This document shows positions 9,271-18,928 of a DNA stretch of 55,831 nt, piece by piece (the stretch's first letter is position 1; each line of letters opens with the position of its first letter). Where the stretch lies: positions 1 through 55,831 of the forward strand of contig SDNL01000001.1 of assembly GCA_004524365.1 (NCBI GenBank), read 5' to 3'. The position numbers were made by a program, and so were the translations under genes. The DNA is from Promethearchaeota archaeon (lineage in GTDB: Archaea; Asgardarchaeota; Lokiarchaeia; Sigyniarchaeales; SOKP01). The notes beneath the pieces were generated by a model. The model was not told the DNA's origin and made no database searches. It was given only the letters and a program-made list of their open reading frames with translations.

Positions 9271-10332
9271 TTGAAAATGGATGGTATTAAAGCATTATAT
9301 TCCCAAGCAATAAAATTATTGCACGAGGCAGGCTTTAAATCATTTTATGTTAATAAGAATCAGCAAAATAACCGTTTCTGCTATGATTTTATTGTTAAAA
9401 AGAAAAATCTCTCCTTTATTTTGAAATTCTTCAAAAATATCGATAATATTAAAGAAGAAACGGTTGAGGGTATTAAGATACTCTCCAAATTATTTAATGC
9501 AAGCCCTTTATTAATTGGACTAAAAAATAGATATCAGGAAATTGAGGATAATACCATCTATATACGAGAAGAATTGCCTATTATCACAATTGGCACGTTA
9601 AAAAATATTTTAAAGCAAGATCTTTATCCCTTCATTCTTGTGCGTCGAGGTGGAGGCATTGTCTTTCTAAATGGAGAATTGATGAAAAAACTTCGAGAGG
9701 CTCGGAGAATCTCTAGAAAAGAATTATCCGAACAAATAGGTGTGACTAAACGAACCATTTGTTCTTATGAAAGTGAAAATATGCGACCATCCAAAGAAAT
9801 TGCAGATAAAATTCAAGATATTTTGGATCATAGTGAAATTTTTAGAAATATTAATGTATTAGATTGGAAATTTGAGTGTAATGTTAGAAAAACTGCCTTA
9901 AATGAGAAGGAATTAAGCCCCTTTGAAAACCATATTCAAGGTATTTTAGATGATATAGGCATTAGTTCTTATTGGTATAAAAAAGGGTATTTCCCGTTTG
10001 AAATGTGTATATCCTCAAAGAAAGAGAACCTAAAAGAAAACCATCCAAATATTTATCCCCTCTTATCAGAAGTTTCAGAGATGAAAAAACAACTAAAGGA
10101 AAAAACAATAAATGATTTACAATGTTTAAAGCAGTTATTAACACTTTTTCATAAACATGCATTATTTATAGTGGATAAGGAGTTAAAAAAGTCTCAATTT
10201 TTTGAGAATACAAACATTCCTGTAATCGATTTGAGAGATTTAGAAAAAATCTCTAATGAGAAACAATTTAGAAGCTACTTTTATCAAACGGAATCAGACA
10301 ATGAATCTGAAAAATCGAAATTGTTAAATTAG
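9271..10332 (+). CDS. Archaeal XRE-family HTH transcriptional regulator (COG1395-like)
   Basis: The central LREARRISRKELSEQIGVTKRTICSYESENMRPSKEIADKI is a canonical HTH_3/XRE motif. The flanking domains and ~350 aa length match the conserved archaeal regulator. The listed start is TTG; an in-frame ATG lies at 9277. Confidence 0.6.
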   Translation: MKMDGIKALYSQAIKLLHEAGFKSFYVNKNQQNNRFCYDFIVKKKNLSFILKFFKNIDNIKEETVEGIKILSKLFNASPLLIGLKNRYQEIEDNTIYIREELPIITIGTLKNILKQDLYPFILVRRGGGIVFLNGELMKKLREARRISRKELSEQIGVTKRTICSYESENMRPSKEIADKIQDILDHSEIFRNINVLDWKFECNVRKTALNEKELSPFENHIQGILDDIGISSYWYKKGYFPFEMCISSKKENLKENHPNIYPLLSEVSEMKKQLKEKTINDLQCLKQLLTLFHKHALFIVDKELKKSQFFENTNIPVIDLRDLEKISNEKQFRSYFYQTESDNESEKSKLLN

Positions 10333-10653
10333 AGAAGAGAAAGAGATATAAGAAAAAGTAAGAAGCTTTTTTTATTTTAAAAGAATTAGATCCTATCTTG
10401 TTGCATGCTGTGAATTTGTAAGTTAAGGGATTTCAAATTTATTCACTTCAACTTTTTCTCTTAATTAACTATATTAAAATCATTTAAATTAATATATAAA
10501 TAAATTCGAAATAGAATATAGAGAAATAAATAGATGTATAAAGTTCACAATCTTTTTTGAATCAAGTTACCTTATTAAATTTAAAAAGTTTAAACAATTA
10601 TTTATTTTGTTTTATTATTTTTAACCTAAATGATTCCTTAAAATTAGATATTT

Positions 10654-11325
10654 ATGTGTGATCCTTTAATCTGTGGTCTCGATGAGGCTGGTAGAGGGCC
10701 TGTTTTTGGACCAATGATTTTATGCGGTATTTGTTTTAGGAAATCCAAATTACATTATTTAATAGAGAATGATGTAAAAGATTCCAAGCGAGTTTCACCA
10801 AAAAGAAGGGCTAAATTATCAAAACTTTTGAAACAAAACTGCCATTCTTTTAAGTCTATTGAGCTTACACCCCAAGAAATTGATCAGAGAAAAGAAAAAA
10901 ATATTTCACTCAATCAACTTGAATTAATTAAATTCGTAGAGATCGTTAATGAATTAAAACCAGAACATATATTTATTGATGCGGCAGATATAGATGAGAT
11001 TAGATTTGGTAATAATCTCAAAACTAAGCTAAAATATAATCCAGAAAAGATTATTTCTAAACATAAAGCAGATGATATTTATCCCATTGTTGGGGCGGCA
11101 TCCATTATAGCAAAGGTAGAAAGGGATGAGATTATAGAAAAACTTAAAGAAAAATATGGCAATATTGGTTCAGGATATCCCTCTGACGAGAGAACAATTA
11201 GATTTCTACGGGAATGGATTCGAGAGAAAAGATCGCCTCCTATATTCGCAAGATTGACGTGGAAAACTACTAAATTTATTTTGGACACAGAAATTAACAA
11301 TAAAAAAATAACTCAATATTTCTAA
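10654..11325 (+). CDS. rnhB: Ribonuclease HII
   Basis: GLDEAGRGPVFGPM catalytic motif, DSK, and ADDIYPIVGAASIIAKVERD. Confidence 0.9.
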   Translation: MCDPLICGLDEAGRGPVFGPMILCGICFRKSKLHYLIENDVKDSKRVSPKRRAKLSKLLKQNCHSFKSIELTPQEIDQRKEKNISLNQLELIKFVEIVNELKPEHIFIDAADIDEIRFGNNLKTKLKYNPEKIISKHKADDIYPIVGAASIIAKVERDEIIEKLKEKYGNIGSGYPSDERTIRFLREWIREKRSPPIFARLTWKTTKFILDTEINNKKITQYF

Positions 11326-12012
11326 TTAGATTTTTTTAGCAATCAGAGCTAAATGATTTGATGCATAATTATGGATATTAATCGTTTCCACTATTTCTAA
11401 ACCTCCTTCTTTTAAGATTCTTTTCTCTTGAGAATATACTTTTTTGGATTTTTTTACAGAATCAATCGATTGCGATTTTATCAATAAGATTAGGATACCG
11501 TCATCACTTAAATAATACTGACTATTTTTTAAAGCAATTTCAGCTTGATTTGGTTGAGCTACATCCTGATAGAGTAAATCAATATTGGTGAATACGCTCT
11601 TTGCAAACTCAACAGGATAACGGGCATCGCCCAAGATAGGGATTATATTTTCCCTTTCTGATGTATTTTGAATGAATTGACGCATACTCCTTTCAGCAAA
11701 TTCAACAGAGTAAATTATTCCATTAATTAATATATCCGATAGATGAGATACAGTCGTCCCGGATGCTGCCCCCAAATAGAGACATTTTAATCCCTTCCTT
11801 AGAAGATGTGTTTCTGGATTATTAATTAAAATGGCAGCAAGTTTACTCTGATGTGGGTTCCACGTTCGGTACTCTATTCCATTTTCTGTTATTAATTTCT
11901 CTCCGTATATCTGATTTCCAACAGTTAAATTTTTAGTATACAGTTGTGGATTTTGTAAAGACCCAGAAACAAATACATTATAATATCTAGGATGGTTTCT
12001 AATTTTTCCCAT
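11326..12012 (-). CDS. flpA: Fibrillarin (C/D box sRNP 2'-O-methyltransferase)
   Basis: The LYLGAASGTTVSHLSDI SAM-binding motif, a ~228 aa length, and a position directly downstream of nop5, as in most archaea. Confidence 0.9.
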   Translation of the reverse strand: MGKIRNHPRYYNVFVSGSLQNPQLYTKNLTVGNQIYGEKLITENGIEYRTWNPHQSKLAAILINNPETHLLRKGLKCLYLGAASGTTVSHLSDILINGIIYSVEFAERSMRQFIQNTSERENIIPILGDARYPVEFAKSVFTNIDLLYQDVAQPNQAEIALKNSQYYLSDDGILILLIKSQSIDSVKKSKKVYSQEKRILKEGGLEIVETINIHNYASNHLALIAKKI

Positions 12013-12039
12013 AATATTTCACTTAATTATTTATTATTT

Positions 12040-13194
12040 TTACTTTTTTGGAGGGTTTGGATTCTCTTTCTTGAGTTTTTCTATCTTTTCTTCTATTTCT
12101 TTAGCATATTCATCGCCTATAAAATCCCCCGAGAAATAATCTATTTTAGCAGCAAGTCCTACTTTTCCAGCTATTAATCGAGCTATATTTCCTCTAATCC
12201 AAGGTGGATTCCCCCTAATCTGCTTCCATTGAAAAACTATACCGTGTTTCGGAAGTTTACTCCCCGTTTTAAGATGTCGGTATAGGGCTTTTTCTGCTCC
12301 TAATAGCTGTATTCGTGAGGATGGCATAAATGCTAACTTACGAAGACTTCCCGCTTCGGCTATTAATTTTGCGCCTACTAGTGATCCAATTATTGCTTTT
12401 ATATTGGGGGCCAATTTTTCCATAAGATCCTCAAGGTGGCTCTCTAATGTTTCTCTATATGTGTCAAGCGATAAAATCTCTTCTGCAAAGCGTCTAACCA
12501 TTTCTAAATCAATATCTGCACCCATAGATTTTGATGCAAGATTAATAATTAAGTCAATTTCTCTCTTGTCAAAGGGAAATCTCGATGTTAAACGGTCCCT
12601 TGTGTAATTCTTCCTATTTCCAAATTCAAAAACTAATTTTGCTAATAAAACTTCTTCTTCAATGAATTTATCTGTGATTTCTGGAAAATGAAGTCCATAC
12701 CATTCCTTCAAGCGGTTTGAAAATTTACTAATAGCGGGTTTTATAAAATCTAAGGTTTCAATTACCTGAATTACTCGTTTATCTTTCTTTTCCCCTGCTT
12801 CTTTGATTTTTTCCCGTATTAATTGATTATTCACTACTTTATATTTTTGTAAAAGTTCTTGCTCGGTTAATTCTAACCCTATATTCTTTAGCTTTTGAAT
12901 CAAATTAAAGCGAAAATTTTTAAATTCTAATGAAGACTGATCCAAATGGGTTTTTACTTCAAGTTGTTGGGAAGTTACAGCTTCTAATTTTTCGTTGTCA
13001 AATATAAATTCATAAGTTTCAAGTTCATTTAATAGTAATGTATATTCCTTAAGTAGCGTTCCACTTTCTAAATTAGAATAAAAATTTATCATTTTTTCAG
13101 GGTCCCCATTAAAATCTCTATAATTCAGAAAGTTCCCGGTATTTTCATCAATAGCAAATATCCCTGTCAGTGTATCTATAATATATGCTCTCAT
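12040..13194 (-). CDS. nop5: Nop5 (Nop56/58) C/D box sRNP core protein
   Basis: The Nop domain region LGAEKALYRHLKTGSKLPKHGIVFQ..., an N-terminal NOP5NT-like domain, a central coiled coil and a C-terminal KK tail. Confidence 0.9.
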   Translation of the reverse strand: MRAYIIDTLTGIFAIDENTGNFLNYRDFNGDPEKMINFYSNLESGTLLKEYTLLLNELETYEFIFDNEKLEAVTSQQLEVKTHLDQSSLEFKNFRFNLIQKLKNIGLELTEQELLQKYKVVNNQLIREKIKEAGEKKDKRVIQVIETLDFIKPAISKFSNRLKEWYGLHFPEITDKFIEEEVLLAKLVFEFGNRKNYTRDRLTSRFPFDKREIDLIINLASKSMGADIDLEMVRRFAEEILSLDTYRETLESHLEDLMEKLAPNIKAIIGSLVGAKLIAEAGSLRKLAFMPSSRIQLLGAEKALYRHLKTGSKLPKHGIVFQWKQIRGNPPWIRGNIARLIAGKVGLAAKIDYFSGDFIGDEYAKEIEEKIEKLKKENPNPPKK

Positions 13195-13294
13195 GCTTTT
13201 AAATTAGTAAAAATTCATTATATTAGATTTTATTTCTTTATTAGATTTAGAAATAATTATTATTATATTTAATTCTTAATTTTTTAATAAAATA

Positions 13295-14218
13295 ATGCTC
13301 AATGTAAAGATATCGGAATTAGAATTGAAAACACCTATTATCCTCGCATCAGGGATATTAGGAGTGTCCCAATATACATTAAGAAATGTAATTGAAGCAG
13401 GAGCTGGAGCAGTCACCACTAAATCTATTGGTCCTCGGCCACGTAAAGGATATAAAAACCCCTCAATATTTGAGCTCTTGCCCGAAACTTTCATCAACTC
13501 TGTTGGATTAGCCAATCCCGGTATAGATGAATTTGTTAACATTATCAGTAATCTCAAACAATACAAATTTCCTTTAATTGTAAGTATTTTTGGTGATACA
13601 GAACAATCATATATAGAGGTAGGAAAAAAAGCAGAGCAAGCGGGATGTGATGCCATTGAATTAAATATTTCTTGTCCTCATGCTGAAGTTTCTTCTATTG
13701 GAATAAGTCCTTCATTAACCAAATCTCTTGTAGAGAAGGTTTGTAAGGAAATTTCCATACCTATTTTAATTAAACTTAATCCTAATGTCACCGATATTAC
13801 AAAAATTGCTCTTGCAGCTGAGAAAGGGGGTGCAGATGCCGTAGTAGCAATAAATACAATGGCTGCGATGGCTATTGATATTAACGTGAGGAGACCAATT
13901 CTTTCTCACGGTAGTGGTGGTCTTTCTGGAAGATCTATCCATCCTATAGCAGTGAAAAAAGTCTATGATCTTTATAAGGAATTAAGTATCCCGATTATTG
14001 GATGCGGAGGAGTCTTCAATTTTGAAGATGTTGTTGAATTCTTTTTAGCGGGAGCTTCTGCCGTTCAGATTGGAACTGCATTATATAAAGGAGTTGATGT
14101 TATTGCCCAAATTAACAAGGATCTGAAAAATTATTTAGAAAAAAACGATTATAATAATATATCTGATTTAACTGGGTTAGCTCATCAATATAAAACTCAA
14201 GAGGTGTCCGATTATTGA
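13295..14218 (+). CDS. pyrD: Dihydroorotate dehydrogenase, class 1B catalytic subunit
   Basis: ASGILG, ELNISCPH, GLSG and GGV..G.DA.EF..AGASAVQIGTA motifs. Confidence 0.9.
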   Translation: MLNVKISELELKTPIILASGILGVSQYTLRNVIEAGAGAVTTKSIGPRPRKGYKNPSIFELLPETFINSVGLANPGIDEFVNIISNLKQYKFPLIVSIFGDTEQSYIEVGKKAEQAGCDAIELNISCPHAEVSSIGISPSLTKSLVEKVCKEISIPILIKLNPNVTDITKIALAAEKGGADAVVAINTMAAMAIDINVRRPILSHGSGGLSGRSIHPIAVKKVYDLYKELSIPIIGCGGVFNFEDVVEFFLAGASAVQIGTALYKGVDVIAQINKDLKNYLEKNDYNNISDLTGLAHQYKTQEVSDY

Positions 14219-15066
14219 CTAAAAATAAAATAAAAACTGTAAGAGTTCAAAAAATTAGGGAAGAATGTAAGGATATTAAAAGTTTCAGATTTAATGTTAT
14301 GGATTTGTTTAAGAATTATGAAGCTCCCTTACCAGGACAATTTATCATGGTTTGGGTTCCTGGTGTTGATGAAATACCAATGTCTTTATCTTCTGCGGAC
14401 TCTGAGGGTAATTGGATGATATCTGTAAAGAAAGTGGGAGAATGTACTAAAGCTTTACATAATCTATCTGAAGGGGATTATATTGGGATAAGGGGTCCTC
14501 TTGGAAATGCATTCAAAATTCCAAAAAATAAATCAAAGAACATATTTCTGATTGGCGGAGGAATTGGAACTGCGCCACTTGGATTTCTTGCTCAAGAACT
14601 CCATAAGAAGGGACACGAATTTACCTTTATTGAAGGTGTTAAACAGAGATCGGAACTTTTTTTAAATAAGAATTTAGAAGATCAATGTGGTGAAAATTCA
14701 AATTTGATTTTCTGTACCGATGATGGTAGCTATGGGGTTAAGGGGTTTGCTTCAACAATTTTTAGAAATATGATTCAAAAACTTACTGAGCGCGAAAATT
14801 TAAGAACTGTTGCTTATACTTGTGGACCTGAAATTATGATGTATGAAACATTTAAGATATGCGAAGAATTTAATATTCCCCTTCAAGCGAGTTTAGAAAG
14901 GATTATGAGATGTGGATGTGGTTTATGTGGTTTATGTGCTCTGGAACCACTGGGATTGTTAGTTTGCAAAGATGGACCAGTATTTCCTTCCAAAATACTA
15001 CGTCAAATTGATGATTTTGCTAAATATAAAATGGATTTTTCAGGGAAAAAAATATCTCTTTCCTAA
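14215..15066 (+). CDS. pyrK: Dihydroorotate dehydrogenase electron-transfer subunit
   Basis: FAD/NAD-binding ferredoxin-reductase-like domains (GGGIGTAPL) and a C-terminal CGCGLCGLC Fe-S cysteine cluster. TTG start overlaps the pyrD stop by 4 nt. Confidence 0.85.
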   Translation: MTKNKIKTVRVQKIREECKDIKSFRFNVMDLFKNYEAPLPGQFIMVWVPGVDEIPMSLSSADSEGNWMISVKKVGECTKALHNLSEGDYIGIRGPLGNAFKIPKNKSKNIFLIGGGIGTAPLGFLAQELHKKGHEFTFIEGVKQRSELFLNKNLEDQCGENSNLIFCTDDGSYGVKGFASTIFRNMIQKLTERENLRTVAYTCGPEIMMYETFKICEEFNIPLQASLERIMRCGCGLCGLCALEPLGLLVCKDGPVFPSKILRQIDDFAKYKMDFSGKKISLS

Positions 15067-15129
15067 AATAAACATAGCTATTTGGGATTTAACGAAATTG
15101 CGAAAGAAGTCTCCTCTCTTTATTTAGGT

Positions 15130-15590
15130 AGGGGATGAATTTCTCACAGTATACAAACATTTTAGCTCTTTTGAGATACGGGAAAATTTACTCTCTTAAG
15201 GGTGAGATAAATCGCATAGTAAGGTTTACTAATTAAGGGGCCTAATTGCTTTTAAATATAAGTGAGTCTATTCCAAAGTGCTCCAAATGACACTCAAAAG
15301 ACTCGGTAACAACTATAAATCATTCTTTAGTTTATGGAAAAATGGAGATAAAAACGCACGACCTCCAAAATACAAAGGAAAAAACTTCTTCACTACGTTA
15401 TGTTATAATCAAACATACTGGGAAAGTTTCTCACCTCCGATGAGCTATCGCATCAACCCTCTTTGAAGGAGGAATCCTTTCTCCACAAATGGAAGGGATT
15501 TGCTACGATACACAGCCCTAAGATATGTCCACCAGCCAATGCTTAGCGGACTCGTAGGAAACCCCCTCCTTCATTCAAGGCGGGGAGACT
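15130..15590 (+). pseudogene. Decayed IS200/IS605-family TnpB (OrfB) remnant
   Basis: The 62-aa ORF 15278..15466 reads (S)KVLQMTLKRLGNNYKSFFSLWKNGDKNARPPKYKGKNFFTT. This matches the conserved N-terminal TnpB segment (...Q.vl.rl..a+k.FF...k.g....PkfK.k..f...). Frame-broken fragments lie upstream. A further fragment ending KPPPSFKAGRLQ (about 15550..15590) resembles the typical archaeal TnpB C-terminal tail. Local GC is higher than the surroundings. Confidence 0.45.
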
Positions 15591-15647
15591 TCAATGATAA
15601 ATTCTCAAGATCCATAAAATATTTGTTCTATCGATTGCTTTTATGCA

Positions 15648-17303
15648 TTGAATCTTAATTTTAAAGTTCGCAATAATTTTATGATTTCTAAAGAAGAAAA
15701 AATCGCTTGTGAAACGGTTAGATATTTATTAGAACATCCTGATACTCCTCGAGCTAAAATTACTAATTTAAAGGGGAAATTTGCCAAGAGATTTAATTAT
15801 GATACAGTGATTAAAAATGCGCTCGTTTTAGAATTTGCCGAACAGATGGATCTCTCCCAAGAAGAAATGCGGCTGATAAATAAGAAATTAAGAAGAAGGA
15901 CGACCCGGAGTATTTCTGGTGTCTCAGTAATCGCTATAATGACTAAACCCTTAAAGTGTCCTGGCACATGTATTTATTGCCCTGGTGTAAAATCTCAGCC
16001 AGATGAGAAAGTGGCTCAATCGTATACGGGTAGAGAACCTGCTGCAATGAGATCTATACACTACAACTATGATCCTTATCTACAAGTAAAGAGTAGAATA
16101 GAAGATTTAGAAGCAATCGGCCACTCGGTTGATAAAATTGAATTAATAATTATGGGGGGTACATTTCTTTCTGCCGAAAAAGATTATCAAAAAAAGTTTG
16201 TTAAAGGCGCTCTTGAAGCAATTATTGACGAACGAGTTAATAGTCTTAAAATCGCAATTAAAAAAGCTGAAACTTCAAAACGTCGACTTATTGGAATCAC
16301 GATAGAAACAAGACCCGATTATTGTAAGGAAGATCATGTAGATATGATGCTAAATTATGGGACAACAAGAGTTGAAATTGGCATCCAGACGATATTTGAT
16401 GAGATCTATCGCATAGTAAAGAGAGGTCATACCACTGAAGATAGTATTGAAGCAATTCGAATTGCGAAAGATGCAGGACTAAAGATTAATGCCCATATTA
16501 TGCCTAATCTCCCAGGTTCGTCCATTGAAAAAGATCTGACTACCTTTGAAAATCTATTTTCAAATCCCGATTATCGCCCAGATATGCTTAAGATATATCC
16601 TTGTTTAGTTATAAAAGGAACTGAATTATATACTTGGTGGAAGAATGGAAAATACGAACCTTATTCGTTAGATGACTTGATCACCTTAATTGCTACTGCA
16701 AAGCAGAATCTCCCCCCATACGTAAGAATTCAAAGGATTATGCGCGATATCCCCGCCCCATTAATCCAAGCAGGATGCAAAAAAAGTAATTTAAGACAAT
16801 TAGTTCAAAATCGGTTGAAAGAATTAAATGCCAAATGCAATTGCATTCGATGCAGGGAATATGGAATACAACATCGAAAACAAGATCTTCAAAAGGATTC
16901 TATAAGGGATGTAAAGTTATATCGTAATGATTATAAGGCTTCTAAAGGAAAAGAAATCTTTTTATCTTATGAAAATAAAAATAAAGACTATTTAGTAGGA
17001 TATTTAAGGTTAAGAAAGCCTTCGTCATTTGCTCATCGCCCCGAACTTAATGATGGAAGAACTTTAGTTGTTAGAGAAATAAAAGTGGTTGGTGAGTTAG
17101 TCCCTAAAGATTTATCCCCTCATAAAAACACACAAGTACAACATCGAGGATTCGGAACATCTCTATTAGATGCCGCTGAAAAAATAAGTATAGAAGATTT
17201 TGATGCGAAAAAGATATCTGTTATTTCAGGCATCGGAGTAAGAGATTGGTTTTATAGCTTAGGTTATAAATTAGATGGACCCTATGTATCAAAAACTTTA
17301 TAA
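15648..17303 (+). CDS. elp3: Elp3 homologue (radical SAM + GNAT acetyltransferase; tRNA wobble-uridine modification)
   Basis: CPGTCIYCPG radical-SAM cluster motif and a C-terminal GNAT region (QHRGFGTSLLDAAE). The 551 aa length is typical. The listed start is TTG; an in-frame ATG lies at about 15681. Confidence 0.9.
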   Translation: MNLNFKVRNNFMISKEEKIACETVRYLLEHPDTPRAKITNLKGKFAKRFNYDTVIKNALVLEFAEQMDLSQEEMRLINKKLRRRTTRSISGVSVIAIMTKPLKCPGTCIYCPGVKSQPDEKVAQSYTGREPAAMRSIHYNYDPYLQVKSRIEDLEAIGHSVDKIELIIMGGTFLSAEKDYQKKFVKGALEAIIDERVNSLKIAIKKAETSKRRLIGITIETRPDYCKEDHVDMMLNYGTTRVEIGIQTIFDEIYRIVKRGHTTEDSIEAIRIAKDAGLKINAHIMPNLPGSSIEKDLTTFENLFSNPDYRPDMLKIYPCLVIKGTELYTWWKNGKYEPYSLDDLITLIATAKQNLPPYVRIQRIMRDIPAPLIQAGCKKSNLRQLVQNRLKELNAKCNCIRCREYGIQHRKQDLQKDSIRDVKLYRNDYKASKGKEIFLSYENKNKDYLVGYLRLRKPSSFAHRPELNDGRTLVVREIKVVGELVPKDLSPHKNTQVQHRGFGTSLLDAAEKISIEDFDAKKISVISGIGVRDWFYSLGYKLDGPYVSKTL

Positions 17304-17737
17304 TATAATTATTTATTCTAAATGATTTTATTTGAACTTAATATAAAAATATGATGGGAGGATTATGTCGCCCTCTTTTTTCCCTATCTTATATCCCCTA
17401 TTGCTTTTTGTCTTTTACTCTCCCCTTAAGTTATAGAGATTATAAGTAAGCAGCTCAAAAGAATTACTCATTCTTTCCCAATTTTATATATATCTTAAAA
17501 CAATTTTCTAATTTAAAGCCTACTCCTAAGTTTTTTATAATTCCATCTAGACTCTATGAAGGCTTTGAGAATAACCCTTCTTAGTTAATTAACTTGAATT
17601 GAAAATACTACAAATTGTTTCCCTAAAAGTTTCAGAAAGCTAACTATATTTCTACAAATTTTCCAAAACTTTATTAATTAAGTTTTTCAATATATTACAT
17701 ATACTTATAAATATACTTATAAATCCACTATTAAATC

Positions 17738-18823
17738 ATGACAAAAAAGAAATATTTATCCACCAAAAAAACATCTAGGCAAACGATTTCTATTTCCCCT
17801 GCTCTTAAAGATTGGGTAAAAAGATATCTTAACAAAATGAATTCTGAGAACCCAGAAGATGAACGCTACAAGAGTATCTCTGCTTTTTACACTTATGTTA
17901 TGGAAAAAGCAATGAATGCTTTTGAAAAAGGAAAAACTCTTGATGATTTTGAACATTTCGTTGACGGTGAAATATATGAATTTTATGACGAATATTCGTT
18001 TAAGGCACATAGACCAATGGTTGAAATGTCTGTGAGACCCCATAAGTATACAAATCTCGATTTAAATTTCATCACTCACTTTTTTAATGACTTTGTATTA
18101 ATATTAAAGAAAACATTTAGTTCAAAAAATGTAAAGAAATTACAAAAGTTTCTAGATCGAATATCATCTTATTTAAATTCAAACAAAATTGCGGATTATA
18201 TAAAGATTGAAGTGCTTAATCTTGAAGAGTTTAAGAAAACAAAAAAAGATCTCACTGTGATGATTGAAACCCGTTGCCCCTATGAACATATTTGCTATGA
18301 AAATAACAAACTTTACGCTGCTCTCTTTGCAATAGCTGGTATGAAGGTAATAAATTTTACATACTCCAAAAAAAATTCCTATTATAGATGGGAGGCAATT
18401 GCGACGGATCAGTTATTGAAAGAAGAACTTCTCGAAGAGGAAACAACAAAATTATTCAATCATAATATATCGTTTCTAACAAATTATAAAAGAGTCCTAG
18501 ATGACGAACATTTCTATTTGTGGATGAAATTAGCGAAAGATAAAGGGGTTTGGATCGATTTTGATAATAAATTTACTAGAGAACGATGGATAAAGGCTAT
18601 TGAAGATGATATAAAAAAATTTTCAGCTCGAGAAGATATTGGAACTTATATATTAAAATTTTTTGAAACACTTCATTGGATTGATATCGAACATGAAGAT
18701 AACCGTATTTTTACATTCCGTCTACCAAAAGCTGGCAATAATGAAAATAAAGAATCTCTATTGAAATATTTAGCAAAAGTTTCAACTATAAATCAAATTG
18801 ATGGAAAATATCAGTTAAAATAA
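17738..18823 (+). CDS. Hypothetical protein, paralogue A (possible ribbon-helix-helix N-terminus)
   Basis: It aligns clearly along its length with the protein encoded at 18929..19987 (for example RQTISISPALKDWVKRY..NPEDERYKSISAFYTYVMEKAMNAFEKGKTLDDFE). The beta-strand-then-helix start resembles RHH/CopG. Function unknown. Confidence 0.5.
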   Translation: MTKKKYLSTKKTSRQTISISPALKDWVKRYLNKMNSENPEDERYKSISAFYTYVMEKAMNAFEKGKTLDDFEHFVDGEIYEFYDEYSFKAHRPMVEMSVRPHKYTNLDLNFITHFFNDFVLILKKTFSSKNVKKLQKFLDRISSYLNSNKIADYIKIEVLNLEEFKKTKKDLTVMIETRCPYEHICYENNKLYAALFAIAGMKVINFTYSKKNSYYRWEAIATDQLLKEELLEEETTKLFNHNISFLTNYKRVLDDEHFYLWMKLAKDKGVWIDFDNKFTRERWIKAIEDDIKKFSAREDIGTYILKFFETLHWIDIEHEDNRIFTFRLPKAGNNENKESLLKYLAKVSTINQIDGKYQLK

Positions 18824-18928
18824 AACTATTTCATCCTTCAATTAAAAAAAATAATCTCATATTGAAATATGGATAAGATAAGTAGTTTAAATTTTGATAA
18901 AAGATAGATATAATTATATTAAGGTGAT

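Noticed and set aside
11323-11328. Zero-nucleotide gap between the convergent rnhB and fibrillarin stop codons
   Set aside because: The observation is real but ordinary for compact archaeal genomes. It has no functional implication beyond the lack of an intergenic terminator.
13276-13656. 126-aa minus-strand ORF
   Set aside because: It is antisense to the pyrD 5' region, which has clear DHODH motifs.
15278-15466. 62-aa ORF treated as an intact gene
   Set aside because: It corresponds to only a short N-terminal TnpB segment. The neighbouring fragments are out of frame, so I call it a pseudogene remnant rather than a functional CDS.
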